Source: Candidatus Woesearchaeota archaeon (GTDB taxonomy: Archaea; Nanobdellota; Nanobdellia; Woesearchaeales; ARS49). From it: 64,000 nt of DNA. The stretch is from NCBI GenBank assembly GCA_016203225.1, contig JACQNC010000006.1, positions 8,552-72,551 of the forward strand, in the 5' to 3' direction. How positions within the stretch are numbered: the stretch's first letter is position 1; each line of letters opens with the position of its first letter. The notes beneath the pieces are model-generated. The model had not been told where the DNA came from, made no database searches, and saw only the letters and a list, made by a program, of their open reading frames with translations. The translations under genes and the position numbers were made by a program. This document shows, one piece after another, positions 9,705 to 17,068 of this stretch.

Positions 9705-9800
9705 CTGCCCAAGCACGATTGACGTAACATTACGGCTATCGATTCGATTGCGATAAAGCCACTACAAACCTGCTTGGGGAGTTCACGCCTGGGACGAAAG
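9705..9800 (+). repeat. structured intergenic repeat family, copy A (candidate sRNA or PATE/MITE-like element)
   Basis: Contains CACGATTGACGT (9714-9725), ATCGATTCGA (9738-9747), GCCACTACAAACC (9758-9770) and CACGCCTGGGACGA (9784-9797). A perfect 8-bp closing stem CCCAAGCA (9708-9715) / TGCTTGGG (9771-9778). Internal hairpin GGC-TATCG...CGATA-GCC. Confidence 0.7.
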
Positions 9801-9838
9801 CTCACGCAAGATGTGATTGTCATGCTAAAAACGAAGAA

Positions 9839-10000
9839 CTAACGCTTCCGCTTCGGCTTGAAAGCGTGGCTCGCGCAGCTCCTGCACGTCACCTTTCCGG
9901 CCAAGACCTTCATGTTCGAGGTGCGCATCACGGCCTTGCATCTGCGGCAGACGAACCTGTTGCGGAACATCCGCGCCTCTGCTTCTGGGAACCGTGCCAT
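9839..10000 (-). CDS. rpl40e: 50S ribosomal protein L40e
   Basis: 53-aa ORF not in the track: MARFPEAEARMFRNRFVCRRCKAVMRTSNMKVLAGKVTCRSCASHAFKPKRKR. It has the L40e zinc-ribbon pattern. Its ATG overlaps the aIF5A stop (TAATG). Confidence 0.8.
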   Translation of the reverse strand: MARFPEAEARMFRNRFVCRRCKAVMRTSNMKVLAGKVTCRSCASHAFKPKRKR

Positions 10001-10407
10001 TATTCTTCAGCCTTCGATTTCAACTGCTTCATGACCTTCTCGCCGAGGATGTTCCAGTAGATTATCTGGGCACCCTCGACGACGCTCGCCTTGAGCTCTT
10101 CAGGGATCTTGAGGTCGAACGTCTCATAGTTCTCGGCGTCCATCACGTTCGCCGCGTCCCCGGAGACGCTCAGCACCTGGGCGGTCTTCTTGTCTATCAG
10201 CGGGACTTCGACGTTGTCGTGCGCAGGAAGCACGATCTCGCGCTTCTTCTCGTCCATCAATCCGATGGCGGTGATGCGCGCCTTCGCGTGCCCGTGCTTG
10301 CCCGACTTGGAAGTCTCCATCGAGACGACCTTGCACGCCACACCATCGACGATGATGTAGCTGCCTTCCTTCATCGAGCCAGCATTCACAACCTTTGTGG
10401 TCATCAC
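10000..10407 (-). CDS. eif5a: translation initiation factor 5A (aIF5A, hypusine-containing)
   Basis: 135 aa with the hypusination loop SKSGKHGHAKARITAIGL. TATA (ATTTAAAAA on the - strand) is upstream. Confidence 0.92.
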   Translation of the reverse strand: MMTTKVVNAGSMKEGSYIIVDGVACKVVSMETSKSGKHGHAKARITAIGLMDEKKREIVLPAHDNVEVPLIDKKTAQVLSVSGDAANVMDAENYETFDLKIPEELKASVVEGAQIIYWNILGEKVMKQLKSKAEE

Positions 10408-10559
10408 AACACCTGTGCTCGTGGGACAAGGGGGTGGTTTTTAAATGTTATGGTGAAGGCCCTCTCGACGGCAGGAAGGCGCTGAATCGGAAGCTATTTA
10501 AACAACCCGCTTGGCTTGCAAGACCCCGTCAATCGAAAATCATTTTGTGAGTGAAGACC

Positions 10560-10919
10560 ATGGAAACGATAACCTCAGACACCGCTCTCTCGATAGGCAA
10601 CGCACGCGTAACGTACAGGAACCAACCGTTAGTGCTACCTCCGCAACAACTGCAAGTACTGCGCGAAGCATACATGGAAGGCACGAGCCTTGAACGCTAT
10701 ATCCAGTTCACGGAAGGAGAACGGAACTTCTATAGAGCGCGCAACAAAAACACCACCGACGCGGACAACAAACTCCGCCGTATGCAAGCGATAATACGGC
10801 TCGACCAATGCGGCGGCGAAGTCAGGTACAACGCAGCGACCGATCAAGCATATCTCAGAATAGCCATCGTAGAACGCGAGGCAACCGAACCCGGCCCAGT
10901 CGCTGCTCAAGCCGACTAG
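10560..10919 (+). CDS. hypothetical protein
   Basis: Protein-like composition, no family recognised. Its 3' end overlaps the convergent gene by about 65 nt, so one of the two ends may be mis-set. Confidence 0.35.
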   Translation: METITSDTALSIGNARVTYRNQPLVLPPQQLQVLREAYMEGTSLERYIQFTEGERNFYRARNKNTTDADNKLRRMQAIIRLDQCGGEVRYNAATDQAYLRIAIVEREATEPGPVAAQAD

Positions 10920-11508
10920 CATCAGGATACTTCGCCTCGTCCTCGCGGAACGCGCGCGAATGATGGCACTGCCGGCCTGGCTTCGACGCGAACTTGTGCT
11001 TTTTGTGCAGCATCTCGTGGTACATCACGTATGCCAAAAGCTCGGGGTCGCGGGCGAGATGCTTCGAGATCAATATCGTGTCGGTGCCGTATTCGTACAA
11101 CCCAACGGTGCGCGTGCCGTCCATCCAGTCGAAGTTCGGCGTCTCCAACATGTCGTCGAAGAACTCCCTGTTCAAGCGCTCGAACGTCTCCGCCAGGAAC
11201 GGGTCTGTCTTCGTCTTCGGCACGGCGAGATGCACGTTCTTCATGAACGAGAGATACAGCCGGATGTTGGTCGTATCCCTCTTCTCCTTGAACAACCGCA
11301 CCAACAGGTCCTGGACCATGCCGAGCTGGATATCCTTCGAGATCTGACGCCACTGCTTCGCCAACGACACTGTCAACGTCGAACCGCGCATCTTGATGTT
11401 GGCGTTGAACCCCTTGAACTTGCCGGAATACCTCACCACTGGCGTGAAAGAGAACGGTCTATCAGGATACAGTTCGTTGAACGCTTCGACCAGCAAATCA
11501 GGACGCAT
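10855..11508 (-). CDS. SprT/YgjP-like zinc metalloprotease domain protein
   Basis: YVMYHEMLHKKHKF contains HExxH in a context resembling the SprT/DUF45 families. TATA-like CCTTTTATG (- strand) lies about 27 nt upstream. Confidence 0.5.
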   Translation of the reverse strand: MRPDLLVEAFNELYPDRPFSFTPVVRYSGKFKGFNANIKMRGSTLTVSLAKQWRQISKDIQLGMVQDLLVRLFKEKRDTTNIRLYLSFMKNVHLAVPKTKTDPFLAETFERLNREFFDDMLETPNFDWMDGTRTVGLYEYGTDTILISKHLARDPELLAYVMYHEMLHKKHKFASKPGRQCHHSRAFREDEAKYPDASRLEQRLGRVRLPRVLRWLF

Positions 11509-11661
11509 GAGACATGATTGACATCCCAGGCATAAAAGGATTACTGCGGGACTCAGTGGAAAGTCCCGCGCTCACATGCTTGCCCCGAGTCATGACCTAT
11601 CGCAAGCACCAACCGCCGGTTCAAGAACGGCGCCTCGTTCGCGCTGACAAAAGGCGACTTT

Positions 11662-12072
11662 CTACTGAGCCTGCGGTTTGCCGAGATACTTCTCGACAAG
11701 CGCGAGCAGGTTGCTCGGCGTGAACGGCTTCTGGATGATCGCGCAGGCGCCCGCCCTGATGGCGTCTACCCGCGTATAATCCCGGTCCCACGTGCCTGAC
11801 GCCGCGATGCAGGGCAGATCAGGATAATGCTCCTTTGCCTGGACGATCAGCGCGAGACCGTGCATGTGAGGCATGACACAGTCGGTGATCAGCAAGTCAG
11901 GCCTCGCGTCGGCCAACATCTCCAGGGCAGTCTTGCCGTCAGGCGCCGTCTGCACATCATAGTTCGCTTTGAGTATCGCTATGTACAATCCGCGAATGGC
12001 AGATTCATCCTCCGCGATTAGGATGCGCTTCTTGACAACAGGGATCGGTGTGGGATTGATATCGTCAGCCAT
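11662..12072 (-). CDS. stand-alone response regulator receiver domain (CheY-like)
   Basis: KRILIAEDE...DLLITDCVMPHMHGL...KPF pattern (phospho-acceptor Asp, conserved Lys). 136 aa with no output domain. Confidence 0.8.
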   Translation of the reverse strand: MADDINPTPIPVVKKRILIAEDESAIRGLYIAILKANYDVQTAPDGKTALEMLADARPDLLITDCVMPHMHGLALIVQAKEHYPDLPCIAASGTWDRDYTRVDAIRAGACAIIQKPFTPSNLLALVEKYLGKPQAQ

Positions 12073-12136
12073 GTTTTATACTGCTTTCTGAGCGTTTAAA
12101 AAGCTTTCCATTTTAACCATCAACAAGTGATGACAA

Positions 12137-13240
12137 TCACTCGATGTGCGCAGCATACCTGAGCATGCCAGCGAACTTACCGATGTCGCGCAGCTGCACG
12201 CCCTCGCGCGTCTCGGTCGAGATGATCTTGACCGTCGTCGAATAGTTCTTGGCTATCGATTCGAACTCGTCGATCTTCTCGTCAGACAAAGCCTCGGACA
12301 GCATCAACGTGTCGACGGCGCCCATCTCGAGCGCCTTGCGCGTCTGGTTCTCGCCGTAGACGACAAGCTCAGCCTTCGTGGACAACAGCTCGAAGAACCT
12401 GCTCATTACCTTCTTCTCATCGGCTATCTCCTCCTGAGCGAGCACGTCCTGCGAGCGGTCGACGAGCTCGCCGATACCGAACTCATCCGTGTAAGTCAGA
12501 TCCTTGACAGCGATTATCTTCTTCTTGACCTCGTTCGTGATGTAAGGACCATCCACCATCTCGTACTTCGTCGGACCGGGACCGCCGACAAGGATGCCTT
12601 TCAATCCTTCCATCATGAGGAACTGGTCCTTCATGTAGTCAGCCACCTTCTTGTAGTGCTGCTTCGCCGCCAATTCGCGGTTCTGCTGGAAGCGGTGCGC
12701 AGATTGCCCGCCGGCCTTCATCTTGCCTGGCACCTCCGAGTGCGTCTTGACCAGGATCTGGATGGACTTGCCTCGCAAAATCCCGATCGTGGCGTCGCGC
12801 GCGTCCATCACGACCAGCCCGTACGATTCCTTGGACTCGAGCATGTCGCGCAGGAGGTCGAGCTTGAAGTCCTTGTCGCAACGATAGAGCCGTTGGTTGA
12901 TCGGCACTGGCGGCTCGATGCTCCACACGCGCACATCGATACCGCCTTCCCGTTCGGAGACGTTGCCCGAGAACGCGAGCAACCCGTTCGGCGGCGTGCG
13001 GTTGACGACCTTCAAGTGCTGCACCATGCGCTCGAGCGCGTCCTGGACGTTGCGACGGGTCGTCGCAGACTTGATGTTCGACGCCGTGCCCTGCTCGTCC
13101 TGCAGTTGCTGGATGACCTTGACCAAGTCATAGCCTGCAGGGACCCAGACCGAGACGAGTTCCGTATGCCGGCCACGCTTGCCTTCGAGCTCCTTCAGGA
13201 ACTTCTTGATCTCGAAACGCTGGTGCGCGGAAAGAGACAT
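12137..13240 (-). CDS. prf1: peptide chain release factor aRF1
   Basis: NIKS motif (TASNIKSATTRRN) and GGQ motif (KAGGQSAHRF). The TATA centre at 13267 is 27 nt from the ATG. Confidence 0.92.
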   Translation of the reverse strand: MSLSAHQRFEIKKFLKELEGKRGRHTELVSVWVPAGYDLVKVIQQLQDEQGTASNIKSATTRRNVQDALERMVQHLKVVNRTPPNGLLAFSGNVSEREGGIDVRVWSIEPPVPINQRLYRCDKDFKLDLLRDMLESKESYGLVVMDARDATIGILRGKSIQILVKTHSEVPGKMKAGGQSAHRFQQNRELAAKQHYKKVADYMKDQFLMMEGLKGILVGGPGPTKYEMVDGPYITNEVKKKIIAVKDLTYTDEFGIGELVDRSQDVLAQEEIADEKKVMSRFFELLSTKAELVVYGENQTRKALEMGAVDTLMLSEALSDEKIDEFESIAKNYSTTVKIISTETREGVQLRDIGKFAGMLRYAAHIE

Positions 13241-13262
13241 GACACATTTTCCTCGGAAATGC

Positions 13263-13271
13263 TATTTAAAT
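13263..13271. promoter_or_regulatory. TATA box (TATTTAAAT) for aRF1, possibly shared with the divergent cupin gene
   Basis: Centre is 27 nt from the aRF1 ATG (13240). Confidence 0.5.
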
Positions 13272-13341
13272 GTTTGTCCGGACGTCTCGTACCTATCCCA
13301 CATTCACAATCCATAACTTACCGATAGCGCGCGACGACTGC

Positions 13342-13695
13342 ATGCAGCCAGCCATGATCCGTGTGCAGAAAGGATGGGGGCACGAGCTCTGGATCGTCAA
13401 CAAACCAGAATACTGCGGAAAACTCCTGTTCTTCGAGAAAGGCAAGCAGTTGAGCTGGCACTACCACCGCATCAAGGACGAGACTTTCTACGTACAGTCC
13501 GGAAAGGTCCTGCTGAAATATGCAGACCACGACGATATCTACAAGGCAGCTGAGCTTGTTTTGTCGCCCGGTCAACAGTTCCACGTCCGTCCAGGCCTAC
13601 GGCACCGCCTGATTGGGCTCGAGGAAAGCGAGGTGTTCGAGTTCTCGACCCAGCATTTTGACGAGGACTCAATCAGGATCCAGAAAGGCGATTGA
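13342..13695 (+). CDS. cupin-domain protein (sugar isomerase-like small cupin)
   Basis: KGWGHELWIVN...YCGKLL...SWHYH...ETFYVQSG...FEFSTQHF is a single cupin barrel. Start moved to the ATG at 13342 because the track start at 13270 lies inside the TATA box. Confidence 0.6.
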   Translation: MQPAMIRVQKGWGHELWIVNKPEYCGKLLFFEKGKQLSWHYHRIKDETFYVQSGKVLLKYADHDDIYKAAELVLSPGQQFHVRPGLRHRLIGLEESEVFEFSTQHFDEDSIRIQKGD

Positions 13696-13731
13696 GAAAC
13701 GTTTATATTGTTCTCCGCACCAGCCACACCT

Positions 13732-14592
13732 ATGAAAGCGGTGATGCCAACCCTCGTCGCGCTGCTGCTCGTGGCTTCTGTCGGCGCGGTCAGCATCAAG
13801 GAATCGGTCGAGTCGTTCTTCATCGACGAAACCCCTGATGTCGTCATCGGCGACCAGAAACACCTGGACGACCAGTACGCAGCGAACGGTTTCATGAACG
13901 AGTTCGGCCAGAAGGACTACGTCCTGGCGTCGAAAGCCGCGGTGAAAGCGCTCGTCGTCATCGGCGGCCCGTGCGCGAACCCTGTCTGGGCGGACTATTC
14001 CTCCGAGACGTGCGGCACCTGGGACCAGCCAGAAGGCAAGGCCGTGATCGTCTCTGCGCAGAAGGACGGCAAGAACGTGCTACTGATCGGCGGCACGTCG
14101 GGCAAGGACACGCGCGCGGCAGCGAAACACGCGCTCACCAAGTTCAGCGAGGCGATATTCAACAACGCCCGAGTCGTCCTCGACACGGAAGGCCTGCCAT
14201 TGGCGAGCGACCAACTAATAGTGTACACCACGACCAGCACGCTCGAGCCCGGCCAAAGCTCAGCAAAGGGCGCGGCGGTCATCCACATCCCAAAGGATCC
14301 CAGCGGAGGCACACAGGACCTCGCGGACGGGCTGCGCAAGTACCTCCTCGCATCGTATCCTTACGCGACAGTCGTCATCGAGGAATCAAACCAGCTCACG
14401 CTCACGGACATCGACGGCAAGGTCTACATCAAGATGAACGAGGCTCCCTTGATCTCGGTCGACGAGGACGCGCCTGCGGACCACGTCGTCATCGCATCGG
14501 CGGCAGCGTTCTGGCTCGCCGGCCAAGGCCTCGACATCCAAGCAGACACCACGCACAACCAGCTCATTCTCGATGACATGAAGTTCGGATAA
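13732..14592 (+). CDS. secreted or extracellular hypothetical protein
   Basis: N-terminal signal/anchor MKAVMPTLVALLLVASVGAVS. TATA GTTTATATT lies 27 nt upstream of the ATG at 13732. No family recognised. Confidence 0.5.
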   Translation: MKAVMPTLVALLLVASVGAVSIKESVESFFIDETPDVVIGDQKHLDDQYAANGFMNEFGQKDYVLASKAAVKALVVIGGPCANPVWADYSSETCGTWDQPEGKAVIVSAQKDGKNVLLIGGTSGKDTRAAAKHALTKFSEAIFNNARVVLDTEGLPLASDQLIVYTTTSTLEPGQSSAKGAAVIHIPKDPSGGTQDLADGLRKYLLASYPYATVVIEESNQLTLTDIDGKVYIKMNEAPLISVDEDAPADHVVIASAAAFWLAGQGLDIQADTTHNQLILDDMKFG

Positions 14593-14690
14593 ACCCCGGC
14601 GTGATGAATTTTGCCACGATTGTAGTGGTTCTATCGATTCTGGGAACGCAAGAACGTCAAACCTGCTTGGACAGAAAAGCAGGGGAAGAG
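14593..14690 (+). repeat. structured intergenic repeat family, copy B (divergent)
   Basis: CCACGATTGTAGTGG hairpin (14614-14628), ATCGATTC (14633-14640), CAAACCTGCTTGG (14658-14670). The 3' arm is instead locked in a local 7-bp hairpin CCTGCTT/AAGCAGG. The copy begins right after the stop codon at 14592. Confidence 0.5.
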
Positions 14691-14715
14691 CTGCGTAGGT
14701 GTCCATACCATAACC

Positions 14716-14723
14716 TTTTTAAA
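14716..14723 (+). promoter_or_regulatory. TATA box (TTTTTAAA) for tRNA-Pro(TGG)
   Basis: Centre is about 31 nt upstream of the tRNA 5' end. Confidence 0.5.
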
Positions 14724-14750
14724 CCCCCTTCTGGTTCTTCGACGTCACAA

Positions 14751-14824
14751 GGGGCTGTCTGCTAACTTGGTTAGGCTTCCTGGCTTGGGACCAGGTGATC
14801 CCGGTTCGAATCCGGGCAGCCCCA
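14751..14824 (+). tRNA. tRNA-Pro (anticodon TGG)
   Basis: Acceptor GGGGCTG/CAGCCCC plus discriminator A. Anticodon arm CCTGG-CTTGGGA-CCAGG. T arm CCCGG-TTCGAAT-CCGGG. No encoded CCA. Confidence 0.9.
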
Positions 14825-14865
14825 CATGCTGAAGGATACAAACAACAAGCTCATCGGTGATTCTA

Positions 14866-15195
14866 ATGCCAGAACAGAAAATCGGACTCAAAAGCGCCAA
14901 ACGCTTCGGACCGCGCTACGGAGCAACAAACAAGCTCAAGCTCGCCCTGATCGAGGAACAGCAACGCAAGCTCCAACCATGCCCGACGTGCGGCAAGACC
15001 AAAGCCAAGTGGCAGAGCGTCGGCGTGTTCGAATGCAGGAAGTGCGGCGCTAAGTTCACCGGCAAGGCCTACGCGGTCAAGCAGGCGATCATGTTCACCA
15101 AGGAGAAAACCAAGGAATTGACGCCGTCAGAGATCGCGGCGTTACGCAAGTCCGAGGACGACGCGCGCAAGGCAGAATCCGAGGAGGCTATCTGA
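14866..15195 (+). CDS. rpl37ae: 50S ribosomal protein L37Ae (eL43) with a C-terminal extension
   Basis: KSAKRFGPRYGA...CPTCGK...WECRKCGAKFTGKAY zinc ribbon. GGTGAT Shine-Dalgarno lies 4 nt upstream of the ATG at 14866. About 40 extra charged residues follow the conserved core. Confidence 0.88.
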   Translation: MPEQKIGLKSAKRFGPRYGATNKLKLALIEEQQRKLQPCPTCGKTKAKWQSVGVFECRKCGAKFTGKAYAVKQAIMFTKEKTKELTPSEIAALRKSEDDARKAESEEAI

Positions 15196-15332
15196 TGGTC
15201 AAATACGCATGCTTCATCTGCGGACGCAAGATATCCGAGGACCTCCTGGGCAAGCGCATCCGGTGCCCCTACTGCAGCAGCAAGATGCTGTACAAGCCGC
15301 GCACGACCACGACGAAAGTCAAGGCGGTCTGA
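15195..15332 (+). CDS. rpoP: DNA-directed RNA polymerase subunit P (Rpo12)
   Basis: 45-aa ORF not in the track: MVKYACFICGRKISEDLLGKRIRCPYCSSKMLYKPRTTTTKVKAV. It has the RpoP zinc-ribbon pattern. The ATG overlaps the L37Ae TGA. Confidence 0.8.
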   Translation: MVKYACFICGRKISEDLLGKRIRCPYCSSKMLYKPRTTTTKVKAV

Positions 15333-15338
15333 TTCTTC

Positions 15339-15671
15339 ATGACGGAGATGAGCACGGAAGCGAAGGAGCAGCTCCAACGCCTCCAGATGCTCGACCAGAA
15401 CGTCCAGCAATTGGCGATGCAGAAGCAGCAGTTCCAGACACAGCTCTTCGAGCTCGAGAACGCGCTGAAGGAAATCGAATCATCGCCGCAGGCGTACAGG
15501 ATCATCGGCAACATCATGGTCGCGACCGACAAGGCCACGCTCAAGAATGACCTCGAGGGCAAGAGAGAGCTCGTCGACCTCCGCGTCAAGGCGTTCGAGA
15601 AACAGGAGAAGCAGCTGCGCGACAAGGTCAAGCAACTGCAGGAAGACGTCCTGAAGAACATGAAGAAGTGA
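15339..15671 (+). CDS. pfdB: prefoldin beta subunit
   Basis: 110 aa with two coiled coils flanking a beta hairpin (AYRIIGNIMV). Sits in the L37Ae-RpoP-prefoldin context that I recall as a common archaeal arrangement. Confidence 0.85.
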   Translation: MTEMSTEAKEQLQRLQMLDQNVQQLAMQKQQFQTQLFELENALKEIESSPQAYRIIGNIMVATDKATLKNDLEGKRELVDLRVKAFEKQEKQLRDKVKQLQEDVLKNMKK

Positions 15672-15913
15672 TGACTATGGACTCATTGACTCAGGCACTG
15701 GCGTTGCTCAAGAACCTCGAGCAGGACAACTCGATCCCTAAGAACGCACGCATGAAACTCGCGAACACGCTCAGACTCCTCGAAGCCAACAACGGCAAGG
15801 TCGAAATCTCGAAGGCGCTCGGCGACCTCGAGAACCTCTCAGACGACGTCAACATGCCCGCGCATCTCAGGACGCAGTTGTTCTCGGTCGTGAGTCTGTT
15901 GGAGATAGTATAA
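15671..15913 (+). CDS. UPF0147-family small protein
   Basis: IPKNARMKLANTLRLL...LSDDVNMPAHLRTQLFSVVSLLE matches the UPF0147 pattern. I recall this family commonly lying next to prefoldin beta. Confidence 0.6.
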   Translation: MTMDSLTQALALLKNLEQDNSIPKNARMKLANTLRLLEANNGKVEISKALGDLENLSDDVNMPAHLRTQLFSVVSLLEIV

Positions 15914-15971
15914 TCAAAAATCAATTCTGTGCCCTCGAAATCTTCATAAATCACTGTACGAGTGTCAGGTT

Positions 15972-16445
15972 ATGCTCGAACAGATCTGCATCGCCAGACA
16001 CGGCAACTATGGCTCTGATGACCGCATCAGTGATGAAGGAAAGAACCAGATGCGCACACTTGCAAGTGCCCTCAAAGAATGTTGGGCCGGTCTAGCGCCA
16101 ATCACCCTCCTGACATCAACAGCGCCTCGCGCACAGGACAGCGCAGAGGTTCTCGGAAGCATTCTAGCTCCTGCAACCATTGCCTCATACGACTGCCTTT
16201 GGTCTGGCAACGATTCAAAGCACACGCCAAAATACGGAGACCTGCCTGCAGTGCATGCGCTCGTGGCCGAACATCGGACAAGCGCGAAAGGCATCATTCT
16301 CGTCACGCATCTGGAAGTGAGCGAGGACTATCCGAGCCACTTCTTCCAGACAGAACTCAAACGGGAACAACATTTCAAAGAAATCCGAAAAGGCTCAGCG
16401 TATCTCATAGATACCAAGACCGGTCAGACTAGACTCTTGCCGTAA
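15972..16445 (+). CDS. histidine phosphatase superfamily protein
   Basis: N-terminal IARHGNYG (RHG motif) and a later His (LVTHLEV). 157 aa. Confidence 0.55.
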   Translation: MLEQICIARHGNYGSDDRISDEGKNQMRTLASALKECWAGLAPITLLTSTAPRAQDSAEVLGSILAPATIASYDCLWSGNDSKHTPKYGDLPAVHALVAEHRTSAKGIILVTHLEVSEDYPSHFFQTELKREQHFKEIRKGSAYLIDTKTGQTRLLP

Positions 16446-17015
16446 TCACTTCAGCATCGTCTTCTTCCTACCGAACCTTAGCACTTCGTTCCTGACGAAC
16501 ATCGTGTTCGGGACGAACAGCAGGTCGCCTGACGACGTCTTGATGCGCGTCTCGAGGAGCTTGATATCGCGCACCTCGCCCTCGATGTCCCTGACGCGGA
16601 TGCGGTCGCCTTCCTTGACGAAGCCGCGGCGGTGGATACGGATCCCCGCGATGAAGTTCGGGATGAAGTCGCGCAACCCGAACACCATGCCCGTGATTAT
16701 TATCAGGATGACTACGATAGCGATCAACCCGACAAGGGCGCCCATCAGGTTGAGCTGGTTGAGGCTCACTATCACCGTGCTGACATAGATGAAGTACTTG
16801 ATCAATTGCGGGATGCTCTCCTCGAGCGGGAACCGGAACCCCGCCTTCTTCAGGATGCGGTTGAGCTCGAGTCCGTGGAGGATCCTGTGCAGCAAACGTT
16901 CGAGGACCTTCGCGACCAAGAAACCTATCACGAGGATGATCGCCGCGATGACGAGGTTCGACGCGAACAGGCTGAGAAGATCGATCAGCCATCCCCACGC
17001 GTTCGCGAGCGCCAT
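16446..17015 (-). CDS. small-conductance mechanosensitive channel (MscS-like)
   Basis: TM helices followed by GDRIRVRDIEGEVRDIKLLETRIKTSSGDLLFVPN. Start moved to the ATG at 17015 (MALANAWG), 27 nt from the TATA. The track start at 17171 would overlap the divergent gene. Confidence 0.75.
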   Translation of the reverse strand: MALANAWGWLIDLLSLFASNLVIAAIILVIGFLVAKVLERLLHRILHGLELNRILKKAGFRFPLEESIPQLIKYFIYVSTVIVSLNQLNLMGALVGLIAIVVILIIITGMVFGLRDFIPNFIAGIRIHRRGFVKEGDRIRVRDIEGEVRDIKLLETRIKTSSGDLLFVPNTMFVRNEVLRFGRKKTMLK

Positions 17016-17037
17016 GCCCAGATATTCCAACGCAGGG

Positions 17038-17046
17038 TTTAAAAAG
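17038..17046. promoter_or_regulatory. single shared TATA box (TTTAAAAAG) for divergent MscS and DRG genes
   Basis: Centre 17042 is 27 nt from the ATG at 17015 (-) and 27 nt from the ATG at 17069 (+). Confidence 0.55.
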
Positions 17047-17068
17047 CTATCCGGGCAGGACCGAGAGC

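Noticed and set aside
9708-9716. CCCAAGC in copy A reminiscent of the twister ribozyme core. Hammerhead, HDV-like and H/ACA possibilities were also considered for the repeat family.
   Set aside because: The other invariant nucleotides of these ribozymes are absent (for example CUGAUGA/GAAA, and the twister AAGCGCC/GGG context). The ACA in GCCACUACAAAC is followed by a paired arm rather than a 3' end. The resemblance is too short to be meaningful.
10855-10919. 65-nt convergent overlap of two CDSs, and the roughly 90-nt overlap at 63624-63715
   Set aside because: It is probably just a mis-set C-terminal tail in one partner of each pair. There is no evidence for anything beyond compact gene packing.
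14601-14607. GTGATGA (C-box-like) in copy B, and GATGA motifs at 55592 and 25268, considered as C/D box sRNAs
   Set aside because: No matching D box (CTGA) at an appropriate distance, and no terminal stem or C'/D' arrangement.
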